NCBI GenBank assembly: GCA_045600905.1
Contig: JAZRYT010000160.1
Span: forward strand, 1 to 55,884
Length of the DNA: 55,884 nucleotides
Source: Bacteroidales bacterium
GTDB lineage: Bacteria > Bacteroidota > Bacteroidia > Bacteroidales > WCHB1-69
Reading direction: 5' to 3'
Under the pieces are notes generated by a model. It was not told the DNA's origin. It was given only the letters and a program-made list of their open reading frames with translations, and did not search any database. Of this stretch, positions 46,122 to 55,642 are shown one piece after another. Position 1 is the stretch's first letter. Every line of letters begins with the position of its first letter. Made by a program: the position numbers and the translations under genes.

Positions 46122-47519
46122 ATGAAAAGATCCAGAATCATTGATGTCATCAAACATCCCGAAGAAATCGGTATCGGCAATCCGGTATGTGTTAAAGGTT
46201 GGGTCCGTACCAAACGAGGCAACAGCAATGTGGCCTTTATCGCCCTCAATGACGGTTCTATCGTCACCAACCTCCAAATAGTGGCTGAACCGGATAAGTT
46301 CGGTGACGAGACTATGAAGAAAATCACCACCGGTTCCTGTCTCCACGTGGAAGGCAAATTGGTGGAATCAGCAGGTAAGGGACAATCTGTCGAAATCCAA
46401 GCCGATATGATTGAAATCTACGGCACCGCCGACCCCGAATCCTATCCTCTTCAGAAAAAAGGACACTCTATGGAGTTCCTGCGCGGCATTGCCCACCTCC
46501 GTCCTCGTACCAATTATTTCGGCTGCGTACTCCGTCTGCGTCACGCAATGGCATACGCCATCCACAAATATTTCAACGACAGAGGCTTCTTCTACCTCCA
46601 TACTCCGCTGATTACCGCTTCCGATGCGGAAGGCGCCGGCGAAATGTTCAACGTCACCACCTTCGACTTGAACAACGTGCCGCGCACCAAAGAAGGTAAC
46701 GTTGATTATACGAAAGACTTCTTCGGCAAACACACCAACCTTACGGTTTCCGGCCAATTGGAAGGCGAATTGGGCGCTTTGTCCATCGGAAACATCTATA
46801 CCTTCGGCCCTACTTTCCGTGCGGAAAACAGTAACACCCCACGCCATCTGGCTGAGTTCTGGATGGTGGAACCCGAAGTCGCTTTCAATGACATCACCGA
46901 CAATATGGACCTCGCCGAGGATTTCATCAAATACCTCGTACAATATGCTTTGGATAACAATATCGACGACCTTCAGTTCCTCAACGATATGTTTGACAAG
47001 ACCCTCATCGAACGCCTGCAATCTGTGTTGAAGGAAGATTTCGTCCGCTTGGATTACACATCCGCTATCGATATCCTTCTTAAAGCTGACAAGAAATTCG
47101 ATTACAAGGTATCCTGGGGTATAGATTTGCAATCCGAACACGAACGCTACCTCGTTGAAAACCACTTCAAACGCCCCGTTATCCTGACAGACTACCCGAA
47201 GGATATCAAGGCATTCTATATGAAGCAGAATGACGACGGAAAGACTGTCCGCGCAATGGACGTCCTCTTCCCGACAATCGGTGAAATCATTGGTGGCTCC
47301 GAGCGTGAGGCTGATTACGAAAAACTCCTCAAACGTGTTCAGGAACTCAATATGACCGAACAACAATACTGGTGGTATTTTGAAACCCGTAAGTTCGGCT
47401 CCGCACCGCATTCCGGCTTCGGACTCGGCTTCGAACGCCTCCTGCTGTTCATCACAGGTATGACAAACATCAGAGACGTCATCCCGTTCCCTAGAACCCC
47501 GCAAAATGCAGAATTCTAA
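46122..47519 (+). CDS. asnS: Asparagine--tRNA ligase
   Basis: [37 protein letters not shown] and GFGLGFER motifs. Confidence 0.97.
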   Translation: MKRSRIIDVIKHPEEIGIGNPVCVKGWVRTKRGNSNVAFIALNDGSIVTNLQIVAEPDKFGDETMKKITTGSCLHVEGKLVESAGKGQSVEIQADMIEIYGTADPESYPLQKKGHSMEFLRGIAHLRPRTNYFGCVLRLRHAMAYAIHKYFNDRGFFYLHTPLITASDAEGAGEMFNVTTFDLNNVPRTKEGNVDYTKDFFGKHTNLTVSGQLEGELGALSIGNIYTFGPTFRAENSNTPRHLAEFWMVEPEVAFNDITDNMDLAEDFIKYLVQYALDNNIDDLQFLNDMFDKTLIERLQSVLKEDFVRLDYTSAIDILLKADKKFDYKVSWGIDLQSEHERYLVENHFKRPVILTDYPKDIKAFYMKQNDDGKTVRAMDVLFPTIGEIIGGSEREADYEKLLKRVQELNMTEQQYWWYFETRKFGSAPHSGFGLGFERLLLFITGMTNIRDVIPFPRTPQNAEF

Positions 47520-47540
47520 TTTTCAATTAATCAATATTTT

Positions 47541-47618
47541 GTAGAGACGGTGCAGTGCACCGTCTCTACATTTGTTAAAACACAACGGATATTAGACGGT
47601 GCGGTGCACCGTCTCTAC
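47541..47618. repeat. REP doublet (REPIN/BIME-like)
   Basis: Perfect GTAGAGACGGTGCA-G-TGCACCGTCTCTAC (47541-47569), 24-bp spacer, then AGACGGTGCGGTGCACCGTCTCTAC (47594-47618). Confidence 0.88.
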
Positions 47619-47630
47619 TAAAATAATATA

Positions 47631-49142
47631 ATGCCAACCATTCTCACACAGGAACAAAAAGCTATTCAACGCCAAGTCGCCACACAACAGACCATACGTC
47701 TGATGCAGCTGGTGGAACTGCCCTATACGTCGCTCGAACAGGAAATTCAAAAAGAGGTGGATGAAAATCCTGCTCTTGAAACCTATTCGGACGAAGAGGA
47801 AGAACGTGCCGCGGATATGGCTGAAGATAATGCCACATCCGAATATGATGAGAATGGCGATCCCTTGGAACTCTCGCAGGCTCTGCCCGAAGACGAGATT
47901 TTCAATGAAGACTATTATCGGGATGATGATCTGGACGATTATCCTTCCGAACGTGAAATCGAAAACAAAATACAACGCCTGAATGCGCCGGAAGAAGACA
48001 AAACGCGAGACAGACAGGGCGTTTATTATAGCTCCTTGCAAGAACAATGGCAATGGCAGCTTTCCTCAATGGAAACAACGGAGCATCAAGCAGAAATCGC
48101 CTCCTACCTGATGGGCAATTTGGATGATGATGGTTATTTGTCCTCTGATTTACAAACTGTTGTCAACGAGTTGCTGTACATAAACGGCATCTATACGGAC
48201 AAAGAAGAAGTGGAATACGTCCTGACACATTTCATCCAGGAATTGGACCCGCCGGGAACTGGTGCCCGCGATTTGCAGGAATGTCTTCTTTTGCAATTGG
48301 AAAGAGCCCCGGAACAAACGGCCGGAGTACAGTTGGCCACCACGATTGTAAAAAACAACTTCGAAAATCTTTCCAAAAAACATTATGAAAAAATAAAATC
48401 GGCTCTTTCCCTGACAGACGCGCAGCTTAAAGAAGCCATTGAGGTTATCAAAAAATTGGATCCCCGTCCGGCTGACGCGGGTACGCCGATGGAGAAATCG
48501 GCAGACATCATCACGCCGGATTTCACTATCACCTCCAATGATGGCCGATTGACACTGACTTTGAACAACCAATACGTGCCGAAAGTCCGCATAAACAAGG
48601 AGTTCAGCAATCAATATAGATTCCTGTCCAAAGAGGCATCCGAGAAGAAACGACAGGAGGCCGAGAAGTTTATGAGGGAATATGTCGATCGGGCCAACCA
48701 GTTTATCGGTACGCTTACCACACGTGAGATGATTCTGTATAACACGATGTATGCCATTATGAATCATCAGCGCCGATATTTCCTGACGGGCGATGACACC
48801 GAATTGAAACCGATGGTGCTGAAAACCATCGCCAACGAGGTAAAATTGGATATATCCACTATATCCCGAGTGTCCAATAGCAAATACGTGCAAACCGATT
48901 TCGGCATTATCCCCCTCAAACATCTGTTTTCAGAGGCCGTGAATGACGAAGATGTCTCGTCAAAAGTAATCAAAAGCATTTTGGGTGATTTGATTGCCAA
49001 TGAGGATAAGAACAAGCCTTTTGCTGATGAGAAATTATGCGAAATGCTGAAAGAAAAGGGGTATGACGTCGCCAGACGCACCGTGGCCAAATATCGAGAA
49101 CAGTTGGGCATTCCCGTCGCCCGCTTGAGAAAGGAAATTTAG
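47631..49142 (+). CDS. rpoN: RNA polymerase sigma-54 factor
   Basis: Q-rich N-terminus, ENPAL, DPPGTGARDLQECL, DISTISRV..KYVQT and RpoN box ARRTVAKYRE. Confidence 0.96.
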   Translation: MPTILTQEQKAIQRQVATQQTIRLMQLVELPYTSLEQEIQKEVDENPALETYSDEEEERAADMAEDNATSEYDENGDPLELSQALPEDEIFNEDYYRDDDLDDYPSEREIENKIQRLNAPEEDKTRDRQGVYYSSLQEQWQWQLSSMETTEHQAEIASYLMGNLDDDGYLSSDLQTVVNELLYINGIYTDKEEVEYVLTHFIQELDPPGTGARDLQECLLLQLERAPEQTAGVQLATTIVKNNFENLSKKHYEKIKSALSLTDAQLKEAIEVIKKLDPRPADAGTPMEKSADIITPDFTITSNDGRLTLTLNNQYVPKVRINKEFSNQYRFLSKEASEKKRQEAEKFMREYVDRANQFIGTLTTREMILYNTMYAIMNHQRRYFLTGDDTELKPMVLKTIANEVKLDISTISRVSNSKYVQTDFGIIPLKHLFSEAVNDEDVSSKVIKSILGDLIANEDKNKPFADEKLCEMLKEKGYDVARRTVAKYREQLGIPVARLRKEI

Positions 49143-49170
49143 CGATGAATGGGCACAGATGTTTGAAATC

Positions 49171-49281
49171 GTTATTTTTGCACCACGTTGTAGAGACGGT
49201 GCACCGCACCGTCTCATAATTGTTATTTTTTGCACCACGTTTATGAGAGCAGAGACGGTGCACCGCACCGTCTCATAAATT
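49171..49281. repeat. Tandem pair of REP-containing units
   Basis: GTTATTTTT(T)GCACCACGT...AGAGACGGTGCACCGCACCGTCTCATAA(A)TT occurs twice (49171-49221, 49222-49281). Confidence 0.88.
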
Positions 49282-49326
49282 AGAAAGCACTGCTCTATGT
49301 AGAATTATAGATTAATAGAACATCAG

Positions 49327-50076
49327 ATGAGACGAACAAGGGTTTTGGAAGATGAGATTTTTGAATTCCAGCAGTTTACCATCCATCAGGGCCACGCGGC
49401 GATGAAGGTGGGGACGGACAGTGATTTGTTGGGAGCCCTAGCTCAGGGTGGAGACCGTGTTTTGGATGTCGGAACAGGAACGGGCGTGTTGTCGCTGATG
49501 GCTGCCCAACGTTATCCTCAAGCCCATATTACGGCCGTGGAAATCGATGATTTGGCCGTCTTGGATGCGTCCCGCAATTTTTCGGAATCCCGTTTCGCCG
49601 ACCGCATAGAGTTGGTACACGCATCCTTTCAAGATTATCTGGATGGATTTGACCAATCAGGCAATGTTCCGCTTTTTGATGCCGTAGTCTGCAACCCGCC
49701 TTATTTCGACAGAAGTTTGGAATGCCCCAGCGACAGCCGCACCCGGGCACGACACACCTCCAGTCTGCCTTTCGCCGTACTGATTGCTGGCTCGTACAGA
49801 CTTCTCAGAGATAATGGGTCCCTTTCGGTCTGCATTCCACCCGAAGTGATGACTGATTTTCTGACCCAGTGCCGTCAGGTGGGGTTCTCGTTGCAGTATC
49901 TTTATAAAATCAAAACGGTTCCGGAAAAACAGCCCAAGCGTTTCATCCTAGTTTGTCGAAAAGGGGAGGTAGCGCAAACCATTGAACAGGTGTGCTGTAT
50001 GCGCAATTCCGACCGCACCCGCTCCGACTGGTACTTGGATTTGATGAAAGACTTCCTAATTTGCGGGAAACTATGA
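49327..50076 (+). CDS. tRNA1(Val) (adenine(37)-N6)-methyltransferase family
   Basis: F.FQQF.I.Q...MKVGTD, LDVGTGTGVLSL and VVCNPPYF...ARH motifs. Confidence 0.88.
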   Translation: MRRTRVLEDEIFEFQQFTIHQGHAAMKVGTDSDLLGALAQGGDRVLDVGTGTGVLSLMAAQRYPQAHITAVEIDDLAVLDASRNFSESRFADRIELVHASFQDYLDGFDQSGNVPLFDAVVCNPPYFDRSLECPSDSRTRARHTSSLPFAVLIAGSYRLLRDNGSLSVCIPPEVMTDFLTQCRQVGFSLQYLYKIKTVPEKQPKRFILVCRKGEVAQTIEQVCCMRNSDRTRSDWYLDLMKDFLICGKL

Positions 50077-50099
50077 GTTTTTATGTGCATACTGACATT

Positions 50100-50135
50100 C
50101 GGTTCCCAAGGCAAGAATGTTTGGAACCGTTTTTT
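50100..50135 (+). terminator. Possible intrinsic terminator after the methyltransferase
   Basis: CGGTTCC...GGAACCG followed by TTTTTT; large 16-nt loop. Confidence 0.4.
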
Positions 50136-50261
50136 GTTGAAATATATATTTATCTGTAATAGCCTTAGATCAGCATTCTGTTTTGTTGATATGTATAATT
50201 GTTATTTGTTTTTTTTGCAAAAATAAAACAAACAAATGCTGCCTAAACAAATTGTCATCTC

Positions 50262-51197
50262 TCACTTTCCCAAAAAGTCGATTACGACCATTGCGGCCAT
50301 TGCTTCCACTATGGGCAGCACGCGCGGCGCCACGCATAAGTCGTTTCTGGCAGAGCCTTTTAGAATGGCGGGGTTGCCTTGGAAATCAATGCTCGGCTGG
50401 TCGAAACGGACGGATGGTATGGGCTTGAACGCCACTGTGAAATAGACATCCTGGCCGTTGGTGATGCCGGCCTGTACGCCGCCATCGTGGTTGCTTTGGT
50501 AGGTGAAATCGGGATTTTGCAAATCGTTGTACTGGCTGCCGCACATCTGGGCAGCCTCATAACCGGAACCGATATCAAAGCCTTTGGCCGCGTTGATGGA
50601 TAGCATCGCGTATGCCAGTCGGGCGGAAAATTTGTCATATACAGGTTCGCCAAGTCCTGCGGGAAGGCCCTGTATGGTGCACCCCACTAACGCGCCCACA
50701 CTGTCGCCTTCGCGCTGTGCTTCCCCTATAGAAATGGTTCTTGCTGAGATGTGGATGTTCTTGCTGCGCAAAAAGAGTTTGGCAATGGCTCCTGCCACTA
50801 CACGGCAGGCCGTTTGGCGCGCTGAGGAACGTCCGCATTGCTCGTTGTCTGTATAGCCGTATTTTTTGAAATAGACGTATGAACTATGTGACGGGCGGAT
50901 GACATTCCGGTTGGCCTCGTTGGGGTGTGCATCCTGATTGGGAATGCGGAAACGGATAGGCTCGCCTGTGCTGAATCCCGCACGGTCAATGCCGGATAGG
51001 AACTCGACGGGGTCGCTTTCGCGCCGTTGGGTGGAATGCGACTCTCGCGAGGGCGCGCGCCGACGCATCTCATCGGCAATGAAATCCATATTTATATGGA
51101 TGCAGGCCGGACAGCCCTCGATGATGCCTTCCAAACATTCACCGTGGGTGTCGCCCCAGTCCGTCAGCCTGTAATGATTCCCGAATGTGTCTGCCAT
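50262..51197 (-). CDS. aroC: Chorismate synthase (short, divergent)
   Basis: RRAP...TQRRESD, RPSH, GRSSARQT..RV.AGA, INAAKGFDIG, GGVQAGITNG and FKPIPS motifs. Confidence 0.9.
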   Translation of the reverse strand: MADTFGNHYRLTDWGDTHGECLEGIIEGCPACIHINMDFIADEMRRRAPSRESHSTQRRESDPVEFLSGIDRAGFSTGEPIRFRIPNQDAHPNEANRNVIRPSHSSYVYFKKYGYTDNEQCGRSSARQTACRVVAGAIAKLFLRSKNIHISARTISIGEAQREGDSVGALVGCTIQGLPAGLGEPVYDKFSARLAYAMLSINAAKGFDIGSGYEAAQMCGSQYNDLQNPDFTYQSNHDGGVQAGITNGQDVYFTVAFKPIPSVRFDQPSIDFQGNPAILKGSARNDLCVAPRVLPIVEAMAAMVVIDFLGK

Positions 51198-51262
51198 AGT
51201 GTGATTGTGAACAGTGATCAGTGAACTGTGAATGGTGATTAGTAATTAGTGAACTGTAACGA
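51198..51262. repeat. GTGAACT/GTGATCA-type heptamer tract upstream of aroC
   Basis: Period-7 tract directly visible. Confidence 0.8.
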
Positions 51263-51308
51263 TTGCCTGTTTTTGATTTTAAAATATTCTGAGATGTTTG
51301 GCATTCGG

Positions 51309-52661
51309 TTATAGCTTTGCCGCAAATTTCGGAACAAAGCGGTCAATGTCGCCGGCACCGATGGTGAGCAGCACTTCCTGCGGATGACTCTGCAAATAGG
51401 GGAGAAGCTCTTCTTTGGACAAAACGCACTTGCAGGAATTGTCAATCAATGAAAGCAGATATTCGGACGTGATGCCCGGAATCGGTTGCTCACGTGCAGG
51501 ATAAATGGGCAGGAGGATGACTTCGTCGAGTTGGGAAAGGACATCGGCAAACTGCTGTGCGAAGTCGCGGGTGCGGCTATAGAGATGGGGTTGGAAAACG
51601 CCAGTGATGTGCTTGCCGGGATATATGTTGCGCACTGCCGTGATGAAGGAATTCATCTCTTCGGGATGGTGCGCGTAATCGTCGATATAGACAAGGTCGT
51701 CGCGGTCGATGATATAGTCGAAACGGCGTTTCACGCCGCCGAAAGTGCTGAGCTTTTGGCGCAGGACAGCCTCAGAGAAGGTTGTGCGCAGCGTGTCGTT
51801 GGTGCGTGCCTCTTCGTGCAGCGCGGCAATGGCGGCGGTGGCGTTGAGCACATTGTAAATGCCGTTGGCGCGCAGCTGCAGACCTTCCAAAACCCCGTCT
51901 GGCGTGCGCACGTCAAAGGTCGCGCGGTTGGGTGCCTGCGTGATGTTGAAGACATAGTAGTCGGCTTCTGGATGTAAGCCGTAAACCAGCTTGTGAGGAT
52001 GCTCGATTTGTGCGGCAATGCTCTCCTCGATGATGAGGCTGCGGCGTGATTGCAACGCGAACTGTTGGAAAGCGGCCACGAGGTTCTCACGGGTTCCATA
52101 GATGTCGAGGTGGTCGGCATCCATAGAGGTGATGATGGCGGTGGTGGGGTGAAGCATCAGGAATGAGCGGTCGAACTCATCGGCTTCTGCCACGGCCGTC
52201 ACGGGATGGCTGCCCAACACGAGGTTGTCGTCGAAGTTCTTGGCAATGCCGCCGATAAAGCCGGCAATGCTGACTTCTGGCGCGAGCAGGTGGCAGACGA
52301 GCGACGTCGTGGTGGTCTTGCCGTGTGTGCCGGCCACGGCCACGGCGGGCATCTTTTCGGTAAGTTGACCGAGAACCTGCGAACGCTTGTATAAAGGAAT
52401 ATTGTGCTGAACAAAATACTGGAATTCCAAGTTCGTGCGGGGTACGGCAGGCGTATAGACGGCAAAGTCTATGTCTGCGGGTATGTTGTCGATGTTGTCG
52501 TCGAAATGGATGACGGCACCTTTTCGGTTAAGCATTTCCGTGATGGGGGAGGGCGTGAGGTCGTACCCGAAAACCTCGCAACCTTCTGCTATAAAATATT
52601 GGGCAATGGCACTCATACCGATGCCGCCAATGCCGAGGAAAAAGATTCTGTTATTTTTCAT
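51309..52661 (-). CDS. murC: UDP-N-acetylmuramate--L-alanine ligase
   Basis: GIGGIGMS, AGTHGKTTT, EADEFDRSF, RRF, DDYAHHP.E and FQPHLYSRT motifs. Confidence 0.96.
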   Translation of the reverse strand: MKNNRIFFLGIGGIGMSAIAQYFIAEGCEVFGYDLTPSPITEMLNRKGAVIHFDDNIDNIPADIDFAVYTPAVPRTNLEFQYFVQHNIPLYKRSQVLGQLTEKMPAVAVAGTHGKTTTTSLVCHLLAPEVSIAGFIGGIAKNFDDNLVLGSHPVTAVAEADEFDRSFLMLHPTTAIITSMDADHLDIYGTRENLVAAFQQFALQSRRSLIIEESIAAQIEHPHKLVYGLHPEADYYVFNITQAPNRATFDVRTPDGVLEGLQLRANGIYNVLNATAAIAALHEEARTNDTLRTTFSEAVLRQKLSTFGGVKRRFDYIIDRDDLVYIDDYAHHPEEMNSFITAVRNIYPGKHITGVFQPHLYSRTRDFAQQFADVLSQLDEVILLPIYPAREQPIPGITSEYLLSLIDNSCKCVLSKEELLPYLQSHPQEVLLTIGAGDIDRFVPKFAAKL

Positions 52662-54669
52662 AAATCAGGAAAACGGTTCTTCTGTTCTTGGATCGTCCGT
52701 ATTCTGTGTTGTTGTCCGCGATAGGCTGTGTCTCGCCATAACCTTTGTAGCGGAGACGGCTCGCGGGTATGCCTTTCCCAACCACGTAGTCGTAAACAGC
52801 CTTGGCACGCTGCTCTGACAGACGCATATTGGCGTCGTCGTTGCCGATGTTGTCGGTGTGACCCTGTATTTCGACTTTCACTGTGGGGTTGTCTTTGAGA
52901 AATTCTATGAAGAGTGCCAATACCACCTTGGAGTTTGGCGTGAGATTGTAGGAGTTGGTCTCATAGTAGATGTCTCGTAAATCGCAAACCTTGCCGGTCT
53001 CAATGGACTTGACTTCAGCATCTTTGGTGATGATGGGTTCCTCTAACTGTTCGGGGGTGATGATTTGCGAATCGTAGGAGTGTCCCTCTTTCTTGACGGT
53101 GACGATGAGAGGCTGAGGCTTGTCCTTCTTGACTTCCGTGGCGACAGCATAGTTCTTGTTGTTGACGCTGACCACGCCGGTTGCCACCACATTGGCAGCC
53201 GTATCGCGGATTTCTACGGTCGCGCCCTCCAAATCGTCATCGTCGGCGGTCACTTGCCCCTTGACGATGGCCATCGTGTGCGGACGCGCCTCTTCGTACA
53301 GGTCGAATTGGTAGAAATTCCAATCCTCGCGGTCACCGATTTTGCGAGAACAGAAATAGCCCGTCTTGCCATCCAAACTCACAAAGAAGTTGACATCGTC
53401 GCCATCGGAGTTGATGGGGTACCCGATGTTTTTCGGTTCTTCCCAGATGTCTCGGTCGTTGAGCTTGGAGAAGAAAATATCCTGACCGCCTACGCACTCG
53501 TGGCCATTGGAGGAAAAGTAGAGCGTCTTGCTGTCGGTGTGCAGGAACGGGGAACGTTCGTCCTTTTCCGTGTTGATGGGTTTACCGACGTTGGTGGGTT
53601 TCCGCCACGTGCCGTCGCTATTGCGCTGCGTGTACCAGATGTCGGAACCGCCGATGCTGCCGGGACGGTCGGAGGCAAAGAACAACACTTTGCCGTCAGA
53701 ACTCAGTGACGGCTGCGACTCCCACGAATCATTGCGGTTGATGTTTGGCCCTAAACTTTGCGGAGTCGTCCATTCACCGTCAATATATTCGGAGTAGTAA
53801 AGGTCGTAATTGTTGTAGTTGGTGTTGCGTATCGTAGTAGGGCAACGTTTCGCGAAGATAATCAAGTCGTTGGTGATGTTGATGGTAGGACTGCCTTCGC
53901 CCACGGAATTGTTGAAAGGCTCGTCCAATGCCTTGCCGGCAGGGAACGAACCGTTCTTCTTTTTACTGCAACTAAACAGCTCTTTTGTCTTGCTTTCCTG
54001 CCCGAAGGGCGTGTTTTCTGTAACTTCCATACGGCGGGTGAAATAGAAATATTCGCCATCGGGGGAAAGCGTGCCGAGATATTCGTCCGCCTTCGTGGAG
54101 ATGCCGTCAACCATTTTAGGCTCGAAAGGTACGGGGTTGCTCAAGATTTCATTGAAGAATTTGGCCCTGCGGAGGATGATTTCGGCCTCTTGCAAGGTGG
54201 AGTCGGACGGATTGGAAAACTCATCCGGATTCTCAAGGATGACTTGCGCGAACTTGATGGCCTCAGGAAAGCGCTCGTTAAAATAGGCTAACTTGGCTGC
54301 ATACAGATTGTGCTTGATTTTGAAATAGGGACAAACATCATAGATTCTGCCGAATGCAGCCAAAGCCTTGTCCAAGTCGGATTTGTTTGCGGTTTTAGGC
54401 TTGTAGCTGTTGGCCTCGATTGGACGATACAAGCCTAACGCATAGTAGTAGTTTACTTCCAAGTATTCTGGATGTTCCTCCAGAATCTCATCGTAAATTT
54501 CAAAGGCTTCGTCTTTTTTACCCTTGTTGTGCAAATCCCGGGCCTTTTTGAAAAGTTTTTCACTTTCCTTGTCCATAGACTGTTGGCAAGGATCCGTCTC
54601 CTCTTCCTGTGAAAACACAGGGAAACAGAGGCATAGCAGAAGAAGGAGAGAAAATAGACGATGCATCAT
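52651..54669 (-). CDS. OmpA family protein with TPR-like and PD40 (WD40-like) repeats (PorE-like architecture)
   Basis: Signal peptide, helical N-terminus, LSPDG..FYF / SQPSLSSDG..LFFASDR.G..GGSDIW repeats, and C-terminal EIQGHTDN...LSEQRA..V...NRR. Confidence 0.9.
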   Translation of the reverse strand: MMHRLFSLLLLLCLCFPVFSQEEETDPCQQSMDKESEKLFKKARDLHNKGKKDEAFEIYDEILEEHPEYLEVNYYYALGLYRPIEANSYKPKTANKSDLDKALAAFGRIYDVCPYFKIKHNLYAAKLAYFNERFPEAIKFAQVILENPDEFSNPSDSTLQEAEIILRRAKFFNEILSNPVPFEPKMVDGISTKADEYLGTLSPDGEYFYFTRRMEVTENTPFGQESKTKELFSCSKKKNGSFPAGKALDEPFNNSVGEGSPTINITNDLIIFAKRCPTTIRNTNYNNYDLYYSEYIDGEWTTPQSLGPNINRNDSWESQPSLSSDGKVLFFASDRPGSIGGSDIWYTQRNSDGTWRKPTNVGKPINTEKDERSPFLHTDSKTLYFSSNGHECVGGQDIFFSKLNDRDIWEEPKNIGYPINSDGDDVNFFVSLDGKTGYFCSRKIGDREDWNFYQFDLYEEARPHTMAIVKGQVTADDDDLEGATVEIRDTAANVVATGVVSVNNKNYAVATEVKKDKPQPLIVTVKKEGHSYDSQIITPEQLEEPIITKDAEVKSIETGKVCDLRDIYYETNSYNLTPNSKVVLALFIEFLKDNPTVKVEIQGHTDNIGNDDANMRLSEQRAKAVYDYVVGKGIPASRLRYKGYGETQPIADNNTEYGRSKNRRTVFLIYEK

Positions 54670-54806
54670 AAATTGAAAATTTAGAATTAAAAATTAATGG
54701 ATGCGGTTTCTATTTTGATTTAGGATAAAAACAGCATTATACAATATGGATTTTGAGAAAAAATAGTATGGCTTATTAATTTTCAATCCCTTATCTTTAA
54801 TTGAAA

Positions 54807-55589
54807 TTAGTTTTCGCTGAGAACGGTTTCGCCGGCTTCGATGATTTTGACGAAGTCGTCGGGTTTGAGTGAAGCACCACCGATTAAGCCGCCATCGACG
54901 TTGGGTTGAGAGAAGAGTTCGAGGGCATTTTTGGCATTACAGCTGCCGCCGTAGAGAATGTAGGTGGCAACGGCCATTTCGGTACCGAATTTCTTCTCAA
55001 TGAGGGAGCGGATGAATGCTAACATTTCTTCAGCCTGAGCGGGTGTGGCGGTTTCGCCGGTTCCGATAGCCCAAATGGGTTCGTAGGCAATCATCGTGCG
55101 CTCCATCTGCTCCGGTGTGAGGTTGAAGATGGATTCTTCGATTTGCTTTTGAACGACGTTGAAATGGTTGCCGGATTTGCGCTCTTCTAAGGTCTCACCG
55201 CAGCACATCACGGGAACGATGTCGTTTTCTAAAAGGCGGAGCATCTTATTCAACACGTTGCCGTTGGTCTCGCCGAAGTATTTTCTTCTTTCAGAGTGTC
55301 CTACAATGCAGAAGGAAATGTCCATATTGGCCATCATGGAGGCGGAAATCTCACCTGTGTAGGCTCCGTTTTCGTACTCGCTGACGTTTTGCAAACCGGC
55401 ATAGAACGGCGCATTGTCTTCATTGGCGTGGTCTGTTACCAATTCTGCATAAATGGCGGGCGGACAGAGAACCACCTCGGTTTCGAGATTGTAGTCTTCC
55501 AATTTTTCTTCAATTTGACAAATCAGATCTTCGGCTTCGTCGAAGTTCTTGTTCATTTTCCAGTTTCCAATAACGATTTTCGGTTTCAT
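54807..55589 (-). CDS. tpiA: Triosephosphate isomerase
   Basis: GNWKMN, VGHSERR, AYEPIWAIGTG, YGGS and LIGGASL motifs. Confidence 0.97.
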   Translation of the reverse strand: MKPKIVIGNWKMNKNFDEAEDLICQIEEKLEDYNLETEVVLCPPAIYAELVTDHANEDNAPFYAGLQNVSEYENGAYTGEISASMMANMDISFCIVGHSERRKYFGETNGNVLNKMLRLLENDIVPVMCCGETLEERKSGNHFNVVQKQIEESIFNLTPEQMERTMIAYEPIWAIGTGETATPAQAEEMLAFIRSLIEKKFGTEMAVATYILYGGSCNAKNALELFSQPNVDGGLIGGASLKPDDFVKIIEAGETVLSEN

Positions 55590-55634
55590 ATCTAAATGTT
55601 TTTAATGAATAATTGCTGATTTTGGGAAAGGCCG

Positions 55635-55642
55635 CAAAAATA
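55635..55642 (-). promoter_or_regulatory. -7 promoter box for tpiA
   Basis: TATTTTTG-CGGC on the minus strand. Confidence 0.65.
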
